Positions 36,615 through 45,544 of a DNA stretch of 49,421 bases are shown one piece after another. The notes under the pieces are model-generated. The model had not been told where the DNA came from, did not search any database, and saw nothing but the letters and a program-made list of their open reading frames with translations. This DNA comes from Rhodocyclaceae bacterium UBA6160 (GTDB taxonomy: Bacteria; Pseudomonadota; Gammaproteobacteria; Burkholderiales; Rhodocyclaceae). The stretch spans positions 1-49,421 of the forward strand of contig DIUK01000096.1 in the NCBI GenBank assembly GCA_002422995.1, written 5' to 3'. Within the stretch, counting starts at the first letter, position 1. Every line of letters starts with the position of its first letter. A program made the translations under genes and the position numbers.

Positions 36615-39600
36615 TTAAACCAGTTTAGCCGATGCTTGTTGTCTGTTGTATGCCTTTGGGTTAAGAGTGCTGATCAGGGCGAGGGTTATCAATAGAAAGA
36701 GAAAGCGTGGCGCATCAATCAATGTGTCGAAAAGCCCGACGATCAAGAAGCCCGTGGTGGCCGCCAGGGCAATGCCGGCGGCATGGTTGCCTTGCCAGGC
36801 GGCGCGACTGGCAAGGTAGATAGTGGTGGCAAAAAACAGGCTAAAAGCGAGTACGCCTAGCCACCCTTGGTCAAATAAAATAGCCAGTGGCATGCTTTTG
36901 ATGTGCCAGGCAAGGTGTTCATCTGTAGAAAAATACCAATGATCCATGTGGCGTGAAAAGTCGCCATTGGCAATGAGTTCGTTGCCGTCAAGCGTGGTGA
37001 GTTGGATGTTGTCTACATCAACCAGAATGCCATTATTGAAGAATGATAATTTAACGGGTCTTTGGCTAATCCAGCGCCCGCTGCCAAGTTCGCCGGTGTT
37101 GATGGTTTGTTCTACGGTCTGCCACTGGTTGGCTTGTGCAATGCGCTGGCTTTTTTGCCATGTGGCGCAGCGGGATGAGGCAAGCATCCATTTTTCACAT
37201 AACGCAATGCCAACGGTTGCGCCTGGGCTGGCAGAGCGCACATTAAACCGCAGGCGATAGCGTTGGTGCGGTTCAACTGAAACAATCTGCTCAACATACA
37301 TGGCATAGCCGGGGGCGATGCGCAAAAAGCGGTTGTCTGCTTCAGCGCTTAGCGCGTGGACGGACGGGTGAAAGGTTTCGCGGCTACGCCAAAAGTGCGC
37401 ATCAGGAAAACGGCCTATGCCCATGCCGAAAATTTCTGTGAACCACCCGCTATCGCGTATCGACAGCCCATCTTGCCAGTGGGCTTGACGCACGCCTAAA
37501 TCGGTACTGACTTGGGACATGCGTTTTTGCACAAAGCTGCCTTCAAAGAGTGGTACGGCAACGGCAAGTGCGGCGCCTGCTAGCAGGGTAATTGTTACAA
37601 GGCGTTTGATTTTTTTGCTGTGTCCTGCCAGGAGTGCTAGCAAGGCCAGCCCGCAAGCAATGCCATAGCCAGCAAATCCATTGCGCGAGACGGTGGCCAT
37701 GAGTGTGTAGGTGCTGGCGAGCAGCAAAATGACGCCGGCAACCCGCAGCAACCATTGATGGGTAGAAATGATCAGGTAAAGCAGGAAGGGGGTTGCTACG
37801 GCGAGGTAGCACTCTACATAAGCGCCGCCTGTGTGAATGGCAGAAAAAGGTCCTGTGGCACGGTAATCAGAGCTGAAATTGAGTAATCCGCCAAACATGA
37901 ATTTTTCTCGCACCATGATGGCCACGACCGCCGCCAGGCCAAGTGTCATGCCCCAGGCAAACCATTGGAAAACCGATTTCTCGGCGGTGGTGAGACGGCG
38001 CACCAGGCCTGCAAATAGTAATGCCCAGACCAGTCCCTTGCTGATACGCAAGGCGTTGAACTGGCTCAAGTAGGTGATAAACGCATTGTCGTCAATGGAT
38101 TGCCAGGGGAAAAGTGCGTGCAGGGTGCTGAAGAAAAAGCTGAGCACCAGTAGTCCTAGCGCCCATTTAACGGCGGGGTGCCAAGGGGCGCTGTGCAGTG
38201 GTGTTCGGGCATAGCCCACCGCCAGGGTAATTGCCAGCAAAGCATCGAATTCATCCAGATAAAAGCGGCCGCTCCAGGGGGCAAGGTCAAATAAGGGTAA
38301 TGCAGCAGGGATAATCAACAGTGCGGCGAGGGGTTGATACCAAACAGCTACGGCGCTGGCAAAAAAGACGGTTGCCAACAGCCAAGGGTGGACAGGAAAT
38401 TTGATGAGCCAGTAAGCAAGCCCTGCGGCGACGAGACCAAGTACGGCCAGGTCAAGTTTGGCAGGCTGTTTGGGTATGGGCAGGCTGGATGCCGGGGCTT
38501 TGGCTGCAGAGGTTGATGCTGATTTTTCTGTTCTTGATTGAGCTGCGAGTGCTTGAATGTTCTGCATGGGATCGGCGTGAGGTATTTCATTGTTTGCATG
38601 CAGTGAGCGGTTTTCGGGTGACGGAGAAAGAAGGCGCTGCATGATGAGCCAGGTAGCATGAGTTGCAGCAACAGCAATCAGGATGTTCGTGGGGTCTGCA
38701 TGTGTTCTGGTTGAAAAGAGTTTCGCGGTTTCAAGCGCGGCGGATAGTAAAAAAGGCAAAGTTATTGTCAGGTGCTTTGAGCGAGACGAGAAAGCGGCAA
38801 TGACGCCCAGCGGTGCGAAAAGCAGCGCAACGGACAAAAGGCTGGTTAAGGCATTGGCTTCACTCACATAGTAATGGTAATAAAACGGCAGAAAATGGAG
38901 CGCGGTTAGCGCATTGCTTGCCGTATCGAGGTTGCCCCAAGGGCGATAAAACCAATGGGCGAATAGACCGAGGCCGATTAAGTAAATTAGCGTGAGCTTT
39001 CCTGTGTGGCGTTGTAATTGGTTTTGCCATAGGCTGATTTTTGTTTGGAAAGCATGGTGGGATGAATGCGCTAGTTTGCTCGATGCCTGGGTCCACAGCA
39101 TGCCACCAAGGTAAACCCCTGCAGCTCGGGTGAGGGTTGAGGCACCTTGGCTGACACCAGAGTAGGTAAAAAATTGCAGCGCTTCAATACTGATGCCGAG
39201 CAGGAAACCACTGAATATCAAGCGCAGAGAAAGTTTGTTTGCCAGGCTGCGGTTTGATGAGTGGCGGGTATGCCGAGCGATTAAGATGCCTAAAGGCGAA
39301 ATGGCGGCAACTTCAACGCAAAGGGCGATCAAGGTGCGAAATGGATTATGGGGTGGGTTGTTGGCAAATAACCAGCCCCAGCGGTCGGCGGTCATTTTTG
39401 CTGATATTTCATGTGCTGATAAAAGAAAATCAAAAGGGAAAAGGCAGTACAAAATGTAGGCGGCGACATAGAGCTTGAGTAACTGGGTGACGCCTTCTTG
39501 GCTGTCAGTTGGCTTAAAGGCCATCAAGCGTCGAATGCGATGGCTCAGTGGCCAGGCGCAGAGAATTCCCAGTGTGCCGCCTATCACTTCAGCCAGCAGA

Positions 39601-39968
39601 TCATTTTGTGAGACTGTGCGTGGCGGGAAGAAAATTTGCGCAAACTCCACACCAAAAGCCAGGAGTGTGACGGCACAGAGGCTGATGAGTAATGCGCCCG
39701 CTAATGCCAGGCCTTTTAGCCGGCCGACGAATCGCTCCGCTAAAAGAAGACCCGCTGGGAAATACAGCACACCGTTGGCAATCCAGTCAGCACGGCTATC
39801 AAGACCCAGGGCTAGAAAAGGTGTTTGCTCAAATTTTGCCCATGCCCATGCCAGGCTGTGAGGCTGAAAATTCAGTGGAACCAGGCTGCCATAGATGATG
39901 AAAATTAAGGCGGTAATGAGCCAGAAGGGGTGCAAGGGTGGTGCTGTTTTTGGATGGTCAAGGCGCAT
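36615..39968 (-). CDS. Large membrane protein: VanZ-like repeats fused to an O-antigen ligase-like domain with an inserted carbohydrate-binding-like module
   Basis: IYGSLVPLNF, DWIANGVLYFP, VEFAQIFFPPRTVSQND and later VanZ-like segments. These are followed by ATVSRNG, GMGIGRFP, ELIANGDF and WHIKSMPLAILFDQG. Confidence 0.8.
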   Translation of the reverse strand: MRLDHPKTAPPLHPFWLITALIFIIYGSLVPLNFQPHSLAWAWAKFEQTPFLALGLDSRADWIANGVLYFPAGLLLAERFVGRLKGLALAGALLISLCAVTLLAFGVEFAQIFFPPRTVSQNDLLAEVIGGTLGILCAWPLSHRIRRLMAFKPTDSQEGVTQLLKLYVAAYILYCLFPFDFLLSAHEISAKMTADRWGWLFANNPPHNPFRTLIALCVEVAAISPLGILIARHTRHSSNRSLANKLSLRLIFSGFLLGISIEALQFFTYSGVSQGASTLTRAAGVYLGGMLWTQASSKLAHSSHHAFQTKISLWQNQLQRHTGKLTLIYLIGLGLFAHWFYRPWGNLDTASNALTALHFLPFYYHYYVSEANALTSLLSVALLFAPLGVIAAFSSRSKHLTITLPFLLSAALETAKLFSTRTHADPTNILIAVAATHATWLIMQRLLSPSPENRSLHANNEIPHADPMQNIQALAAQSRTEKSASTSAAKAPASSLPIPKQPAKLDLAVLGLVAAGLAYWLIKFPVHPWLLATVFFASAVAVWYQPLAALLIIPAALPLFDLAPWSGRFYLDEFDALLAITLAVGYARTPLHSAPWHPAVKWALGLLVLSFFFSTLHALFPWQSIDDNAFITYLSQFNALRISKGLVWALLFAGLVRRLTTAEKSVFQWFAWGMTLGLAAVVAIMVREKFMFGGLLNFSSDYRATGPFSAIHTGGAYVECYLAVATPFLLYLIISTHQWLLRVAGVILLLASTYTLMATVSRNGFAGYGIACGLALLALLAGHSKKIKRLVTITLLAGAALAVAVPLFEGSFVQKRMSQVSTDLGVRQAHWQDGLSIRDSGWFTEIFGMGIGRFPDAHFWRSRETFHPSVHALSAEADNRFLRIAPGYAMYVEQIVSVEPHQRYRLRFNVRSASPGATVGIALCEKWMLASSRCATWQKSQRIAQANQWQTVEQTINTGELGSGRWISQRPVKLSFFNNGILVDVDNIQLTTLDGNELIANGDFSRHMDHWYFSTDEHLAWHIKSMPLAILFDQGWLGVLAFSLFFATTIYLASRAAWQGNHAAGIALAATTGFLIVGLFDTLIDAPRFLFLLITLALISTLNPKAYNRQQASAKLV

Positions 39969-40048
39969 GGACTGGGGCGGGTGGGTGGGACAATTTCCGC
40001 AAAATGATGAGTGTTCGGCGCTGAGAATTTCGCTCCGCTTATTCTTTC

Positions 40049-41494
40049 TTATCGGGTGATGGGTAAATCCGGTTGCATCGTCTGCCGGGCACCCGGTAAT
40101 GTGGGCATTCCCGGCAATAGCCGGGTTGCAGCAGGGTGTACATATTCCAGTTGAGGGACAAGGCTGACGCCCGCAATAGTGGGTGGCGAAACGTAGGTTC
40201 GCTCCAGCCCGCTGTCTTTGCTTACACGGTAATCCTGCCGGTCAGATAGGACAAAAGCATGTGCATCAACATTCGGGTTATTAATGAATAGTCCGTTAAT
40301 GCCTGTATTCAATGGGCGCTTGCCCAAAAGCAGGTTGTTATAGGCAGTGATATTTATCGCGCCGGGTTTGATTACCAAAAATGTGCCGCCTTCAGGCCGA
40401 TGGTTTGCCAAGGTATTGTTCATGAGATAAAGCGCGTTTGCTGAAGTTTTGTAACCTTCTGCGCCAAACGAAATCAGTGTCGGGTTTTCTGTGGTGGCGC
40501 TTTGTTCGATGATATTGCCGATCACGTAAGCTATGCCGCCATTGGGAAATTCCAGTTCATAACTGGCGCGGCCGCTGGTTTCATCGGTGAGCCGGTTGTA
40601 CAGGATATGGTTTTCGCGCGCGCGGCTTTTGAGTAAATGGCCAGCATTGGCGTGGTGAAAATAGCTGCCAGTGACGCTGAGTTTTTTAATCGCGCCAACG
40701 TAAAGATTATGACTGTAGCCGTCGCCTGCGCCATTGCGGGCGAATTCGCTGTTTTCAATGGTCAGCGTGGCGTTGGGATTACTGCTGCTGAGCAGGCCAT
40801 TTTCGTTGTCCAGAAAACGGCAGCGGCGAATGCTTAAGTCACCTTCTTCAAAACGAATGCCGGCACCGTTTTTATCTGCTACGCGGGCGCCGGAAAATTC
40901 GATATTCTCAATCGTGATTTTGCCGCCACGCACAACCCAGAGTGCTTTTTGTTCGGCACTGGCGCCATTCGCCAGCAGGCGCACGCGACGACCACTTTTT
41001 TCATTTATGCCACGGATGGTCAGGTTGTTCTGTGTCCATACGGCCACATCTTGCGGGTAGTCGCCAGCGGCAATTTCTATCGTGTCGCCATCGCGTGCCA
41101 GGGCGGCAGCTGTGGCAATGGTGCGAATGCGCGCGTTGGGTCCGACAGCAATAGTGCGGCCACCAGGTTTGCTGGTGGGTGTAGTTGTTGGTGCGCTGTT
41201 GTTCTCGGTTGTTGCCGGGGTAGCGATGAGTTGTCCATTGGGCGCGCGACGAACTTCACCCAGGTAAGGCGAGGCGCTGGGCAAGGTGTCATCGCTCACG
41301 AGATTGGGCGCGAACTCTGCAGCGAACACAGGGAGGGAGAGGAATAGCGAAAATACAAACAGTGTGCAAAAAATAATTTTTCTTTCAACTATTCGGCTGG
41401 ATAGCTTGGTGCATGGATCTGAATAGGGTTTGGTGTGTGGCAGGTGGCGCGACACGTTGCATTTTTGGCGACCGGATTGAGCGCTGTACGGCAT
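40049..41494 (-). CDS. Secreted right-handed parallel beta-helix protein (pectin-lyase-like fold)
   Basis: ARDGDTIEIAAGDY, IENIEFSGARVADKNGAGIR, FLDNENG, SHNLYVG and GHLLKSRA. Signal-like stretch ending LPVFA-AE. Start uncertain: 41494 or later; the track's 41602 collides with the divergent gene. Confidence 0.8.
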   Translation of the reverse strand: MPYSAQSGRQKCNVSRHLPHTKPYSDPCTKLSSRIVERKIIFCTLFVFSLFLSLPVFAAEFAPNLVSDDTLPSASPYLGEVRRAPNGQLIATPATTENNSAPTTTPTSKPGGRTIAVGPNARIRTIATAAALARDGDTIEIAAGDYPQDVAVWTQNNLTIRGINEKSGRRVRLLANGASAEQKALWVVRGGKITIENIEFSGARVADKNGAGIRFEEGDLSIRRCRFLDNENGLLSSSNPNATLTIENSEFARNGAGDGYSHNLYVGAIKKLSVTGSYFHHANAGHLLKSRARENHILYNRLTDETSGRASYELEFPNGGIAYVIGNIIEQSATTENPTLISFGAEGYKTSANALYLMNNTLANHRPEGGTFLVIKPGAINITAYNNLLLGKRPLNTGINGLFINNPNVDAHAFVLSDRQDYRVSKDSGLERTYVSPPTIAGVSLVPQLEYVHPAATRLLPGMPTLPGARQTMQPDLPITR

Positions 41495-41600
41495 ATTGTC
41501 CGTGTGTGCTGAAAAAAGTCTGAAAATAAGTCTTGATAGGAGGCTGACTTTTTTTGGTGTAGATTCACCGCTGCTTAATCCAATAAATGAGGAGTTAGTC

Positions 41601-41810
41601 ATGATCTCAATGGTTTTGCGTTGGTCCGGCCGGATTGCAGCGGTTGCAGGGGTATTGCTAAGTGCTGTAGTGGGTTTGTTGCGTTTGCAAGGTCATTACT
41701 GGCTGGGCGGCTTTCAGGCCGGCACCCTGATGTTGGGCGGCATGAGTTTGATGATGTTTGCTTGTTTGTGCTATCTGGTTCTGATCGATCGGCATGTGTT
41801 GAAGCCGTAA
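41601..41810 (+). CDS. Small two-TM membrane protein (69 aa)
   Basis: MISMVLRWSGRIAAVAGVLLSAVVGLLRLQGHYWLGGFQAGTLMLGGMSLMMFACLCYL... with a strong GAGGAG RBS 6 nt before the ATG. Confidence 0.75.
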   Translation: MISMVLRWSGRIAAVAGVLLSAVVGLLRLQGHYWLGGFQAGTLMLGGMSLMMFACLCYLVLIDRHVLKP

Positions 41811-41901
41811 TGTATGGCGGTAAGGATTTTCTTTACCGAGGTGTTAGTAAATTGATCAATAGTTGATGGATTGCGCTTAATGCTTAAGCAGATTTCGCTG
41901 A

Positions 41902-43362
41902 TTATTTTGCTCGGCCGTAAACGTCTTCCAGTCGCACAATATCATCTTCACCCAGATAGCCGCCGGATTGCACCTCAATCATTTCCAGATCGATCTTGCC
42001 AAGATTTTCCAGCCGGTGTACGACGCCGAGCGGGATATAGGTGGATTCGTTTTCCGCAAGCAGGAGTATTTCTTCTCCGCGTGTGACTTGGGCTGTGCCT
42101 TTGACTACTATCCAGTGCTCGGCGCGGTGGTGATGTTTTTGTAAAGAGAGCTGCTTGCCGGGTTTGACGGTAATGCGTTTTACTTGGTAACGGTCGCCCT
42201 GCACGATGCCCTGGTAGCTGCCCCAGGGGCGGTGCACATGGGTATGCAGATCGATTTCGGTGCGACCATCTTTTTGCAGCTTTTCAACAATCGCTTTAAC
42301 TTCCTGGGTGCGATTTTTGGGGGCAATAAGCACGGCATCTGCTGTTTCTATGATGACCATGTCGGTAAGCCCGATTGTTGCAACCAGCCGTGATTCAGCA
42401 CGAATAAGATTATTGGTCGAGTCATGTGCAATGACGTCACCTTCACAGGTGTTGCCGTAAAAGTCGGCGCTGGTGCTACGGCACAAAGTATCCCATGCGC
42501 CAATGTCGTTCCAGCCAGCGGTGAGCGGGATGACAATGCCATCGTCGGTTTTTTCCATCAGGGCATAGTCTATTGAGTCGGCGCGGCAAGCAGAAAAAGA
42601 TTCTCCGTCCAGGCGGACAAAGTCCAGATCAAGCTTGGCGTGATCAACTGCTGTGCGCGCAGGTTCGGTAATTTCGGGCGCCAGGCGATTGAGGGTTTGC
42701 AAGTAACGATCCGCGCGAAACAAAAACATGCCGCTGTTCCAATAATATTCACCTGAATCAAGGTAGCTTTGCGCGGTGTCAGCGTCTGGTTTTTCGACAA
42801 AGCGATCAATGGCAAAGCCGTCTGCAATGGCCGCGCCCCGGTGAATGTAACCGTAACCTGTCTCCGGGCGTTCAGGGGTGATGCCAAAGGTGGCAAAGCG
42901 GCCTGCAGCGGCATGTGGCAAGGCCAATGCCACTGCTTCTTGAAATGCAGCAATATCGGTAACGACATGATCTGATGGCAAAACCAGCATGAGCGGTGAT
43001 TGGCCGCCGCGACGGCACCACTGGGCGGCGGCAGCTAAGGCCGGTGCGGTATTGCGCGCAGCGGGTTCGAGCAGAATGTCGGCTTCAATGCCAATTTCAC
43101 GAATCTGTTCAGCGACTAAAAATCGGTGCGCTTCATTGGTGATCAGGACTGGGCGGCCTAGTCCTGGAAAACCTTGCAGACGCAACAAAGTTGCCTGAAG
43201 TAAAGAGTGTTCGCCTAACAAACGCAAAAACTGTTTGGGATATTGTGAGCGGGATAATGGCCACAGGCGTGTGCCAGAACCGCCGCAGAGCAGCACGGGA
43301 ACAACGGGCGGTTGATTATGAGCAGGCAACGGCGAGTTTTCGTTATGTGTGTTGTTATTCAT
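41902..43362 (-). CDS. manC: Mannose-1-phosphate guanylyltransferase / mannose-6-phosphate isomerase
   Basis: LCGGSGTRLWPLSR..YPKQF, EPAARNTAPA, FVEKP, WNSGMF, RPWG and LQKHHHRAEHW. Confidence 0.95.
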   Translation of the reverse strand: MNNNTHNENSPLPAHNQPPVVPVLLCGGSGTRLWPLSRSQYPKQFLRLLGEHSLLQATLLRLQGFPGLGRPVLITNEAHRFLVAEQIREIGIEADILLEPAARNTAPALAAAAQWCRRGGQSPLMLVLPSDHVVTDIAAFQEAVALALPHAAAGRFATFGITPERPETGYGYIHRGAAIADGFAIDRFVEKPDADTAQSYLDSGEYYWNSGMFLFRADRYLQTLNRLAPEITEPARTAVDHAKLDLDFVRLDGESFSACRADSIDYALMEKTDDGIVIPLTAGWNDIGAWDTLCRSTSADFYGNTCEGDVIAHDSTNNLIRAESRLVATIGLTDMVIIETADAVLIAPKNRTQEVKAIVEKLQKDGRTEIDLHTHVHRPWGSYQGIVQGDRYQVKRITVKPGKQLSLQKHHHRAEHWIVVKGTAQVTRGEEILLLAENESTYIPLGVVHRLENLGKIDLEMIEVQSGGYLGEDDIVRLEDVYGRAK

Positions 43363-43500
43363 GAGTTGTCGTTAAGTCTTTTAAACTGAAGAGGTTGCTA
43401 TCCATGTTATCAAACCTGATAGAGATTTTTGGGTGATGGTTAATTTTTCAGGTGAAACTTGTTTTGATGAGCTGGCGGGCGTTGTCTTGGGGTAAATGGT

Positions 43501-43998
43501 ATGAGTGATCAAAAAGTTTTATTTGTTTGTACTGGAAATATTTGTCGCTCGCCCACTGCGGAAGGTGTGGCACGTGCCTTGGCGGCAAGACAGGGCGTGG
43601 GGCATTTGTTTACGTTTGATTCGGCCGGCACTATTGGCATGCATAAGGGTGCGCCACCGGACTATCGTGCAGTACAGGCCGCCGCACGAAGGGGCTATGA
43701 TTTGACGCCCTTGCGTGCGCGACAAATTGTTGAGAAAGATTTTTTTCGCTTTGATTATGTCTTGGCGATGGATTGCGGACATTTGAGCGTGCTGGAAAAA
43801 ATTTGCCCCGCAACGGCGTCTGGTCGTCTGGGTTTGTTTTTAGATTATGCCAAGGCAGAAGATTTAGCCAATCCTGTTTTGGATGAGGGAGTTCCAGACC
43901 CTTACTATGGCGGGCCGGAAGGGTTTGACTATGTGCTTACTTTGGTTGAAACCACGACACAACGGCTCATTAACCACTTACTCGAAAATACGCGATAG
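43501..43998 (+). CDS. Low-molecular-weight protein-tyrosine phosphatase (Wzb/PtpA family)
   Basis: P-loop VCTGNICRS, DSAGT and VPDPYYG. Confidence 0.93.
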   Translation: MSDQKVLFVCTGNICRSPTAEGVARALAARQGVGHLFTFDSAGTIGMHKGAPPDYRAVQAAARRGYDLTPLRARQIVEKDFFRFDYVLAMDCGHLSVLEKICPATASGRLGLFLDYAKAEDLANPVLDEGVPDPYYGGPEGFDYVLTLVETTTQRLINHLLENTR

Positions 43999-44016
43999 GC
44001 AATTTGGCAGACAGGA

Positions 44017-44040
44017 TGAATGCCAAGCTGAATGCCAAGC
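44017..44040 (+). repeat. 12-bp tandem duplication (TGAATGCCAAGC x2)
   Basis: Directly visible in the convergent intergenic region. Confidence 0.8.
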
Positions 44041-44100
44041 CTTTGATGCGTTTATGGTGAGTTTGTTGAAGCAGGAATGAAAATCACGTGCCCAGAATTT

Positions 44101-45090
44101 TTAAAAGAGTACTTCGCTGACCGTCGGGTGCGATAAAAATCCCTGCGGGCTGGCGCTGGCGCCATAGGCGCCGGATTGGAAAATAACAAATAAATCGCCG
44201 GGTTCGGTGATGGGCAAGTCCACTTTGTCGGCGAGCAGGTCGAGCGGTGTGCACAAGGGGCCGACGACGCTTGCGGTTTCGGTGTTTGTTGTATTGCCAT
44301 TGCGCTGGCTTTGCGCCGTATCGCCATAGCCGACTTTTTTATCGGTATTTTTTATTTCGCCTGCATGAACAATGGCCACAGGATAATTGCGGCGGATGAC
44401 CTGGCCGAAGTTGCCGCTGGCCGCCAGATGGTGGTTCAGCCCGCCATCGGTGACGAGGTAAGTGTGCCCGCGCGAGACTTTTTTATCGACAATGCGGGTG
44501 ACATAAATCCCGGCTTCGCCCACGAGGTATCGGCCGAGTTCCAGGTGCAGGGCGGCTTGTGGCATGCGTTGCGCGGCATCTTGCGCAATCTCGGTTAATG
44601 CGGTGGCAATCGGCGCGAGTTCCAGGGGCGACTCATGCGCGAAATACGGAATGCCAAAACCGCCGCCTAAGTTAAGCGTTTTGATCGGTGTCGGGGCGTG
44701 TTCTGCCAGGCGCAAAGCCAACTGGTAACTGGCGCGCTGTGCTGCGGCGATGGATTCGCCATTCAGGTTTTGCGAGCCGGCAAAAATGTGCAGGCCTTCA
44801 AACGCCAGGTGCGAGCCGAAGCGTCCCCAGCCATCCAGCAAGTCAGGCACGATTTCTTCGTCCAGGCCAAACGGCCGCGACCCGCCGCCCATGCGCATGC
44901 CCGCGCCCTTGAGCTCAAAGGCGGGGTTGATGCGCAGCGCCACGCGCGCTGTGCGCCCAAGCTTTTGCGCGATGGCGGCCAGGCGCGTGAGTTCATTGAT
45001 GGATTCTGCGTTAATCAACACACCGGCGGCCACGGCTTGTTCCAGCTCGCTATCGCGTTTGCCGGGCCCGGCAAAGCTGATCAGGGTCAC
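44101..45090 (-). pseudogene. Pyridoxal-dependent decarboxylase, exosortase A system-associated (TIGR03099-like, LysA fold), 5'-truncated
   Basis: Retains SFAGPGK, HIFAGSQ, NLGGGFG, ELGRY, GPLCTPLD and GAYG. Lacks the N-terminal region with the PLP lysine (YAxKAN) and the ASxGE motif. Confidence 0.85.
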
Positions 45091-45544
45091 GTGTGATTAG
45101 TGCTCCTAGGGCATCCGGCTGTTGCATGGATTGCAAGCGTCGATTTTCCTGCTGCAAATCGTAGAATCGAAAGGCTCGCTCAATAGTTAAATTCAAGGTT
45201 TCTGGTTCAAAGGGTTTCACGAAAAAATCATATGCACCAAGCGCAATAGCTCGTAGGGCATTGGTTTGCTCATTTTGACCTGTTAAAACGATGACTTTGG
45301 TATCAGGGGCTGCTGTTAAAATTTGTTCCAAGAGCTTGAAGCCTTCAGTGACACCATCTGCGTCAGGGGGTAAGCCTAAGTCCATGGTGATGACTGCAGG
45401 CGTATGACGGCGAACTTGAGAAAGGGCGCTTTCCCTGTCACTGGCAAGAAGCACGTTATATTGGTCAAATGACCAGCGAATTTGTTTTTGTAGAGCCGGG
45501 TCGTCTTCTACCACTAATAACTGTCGTAGTTTTTCTGTTGTCAT
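45050..45544 (-). pseudogene. prsR: PEP-CTERM-box response regulator PrsR, 3'-truncated (receiver domain only)
   Basis: LLVVEDD, MDLGLPPD, VLTG and GAYDFFVKP, directly downstream of prsK. Homology stops at LITRDP, before the sigma-54 AAA+ and HTH domains, and the frame runs out of frame into the decarboxylase. Confidence 0.88.

Noticed and set aside
41445-41480. Possible sigma-54 promoters TGGCGCGACACGTTGC and TGGCGACCGGATTGA
   Set aside because: The first has 11 rather than 10 nt between GG and GC; the second has GA instead of GC at -12.
41495-41602. Long N-terminal extensions of the beta-helix ORF (start 41602) and the small + ORF (start 41496)
   Set aside because: They overlap head to head across what is probably the divergent promoter region. 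The GAGGAG RBS supports 41601 for the + gene.
44311-45100. Several overlapping + and - ORFs of 74-132 aa
   Set aside because: GC-rich shadow frames of the decarboxylase remnant.
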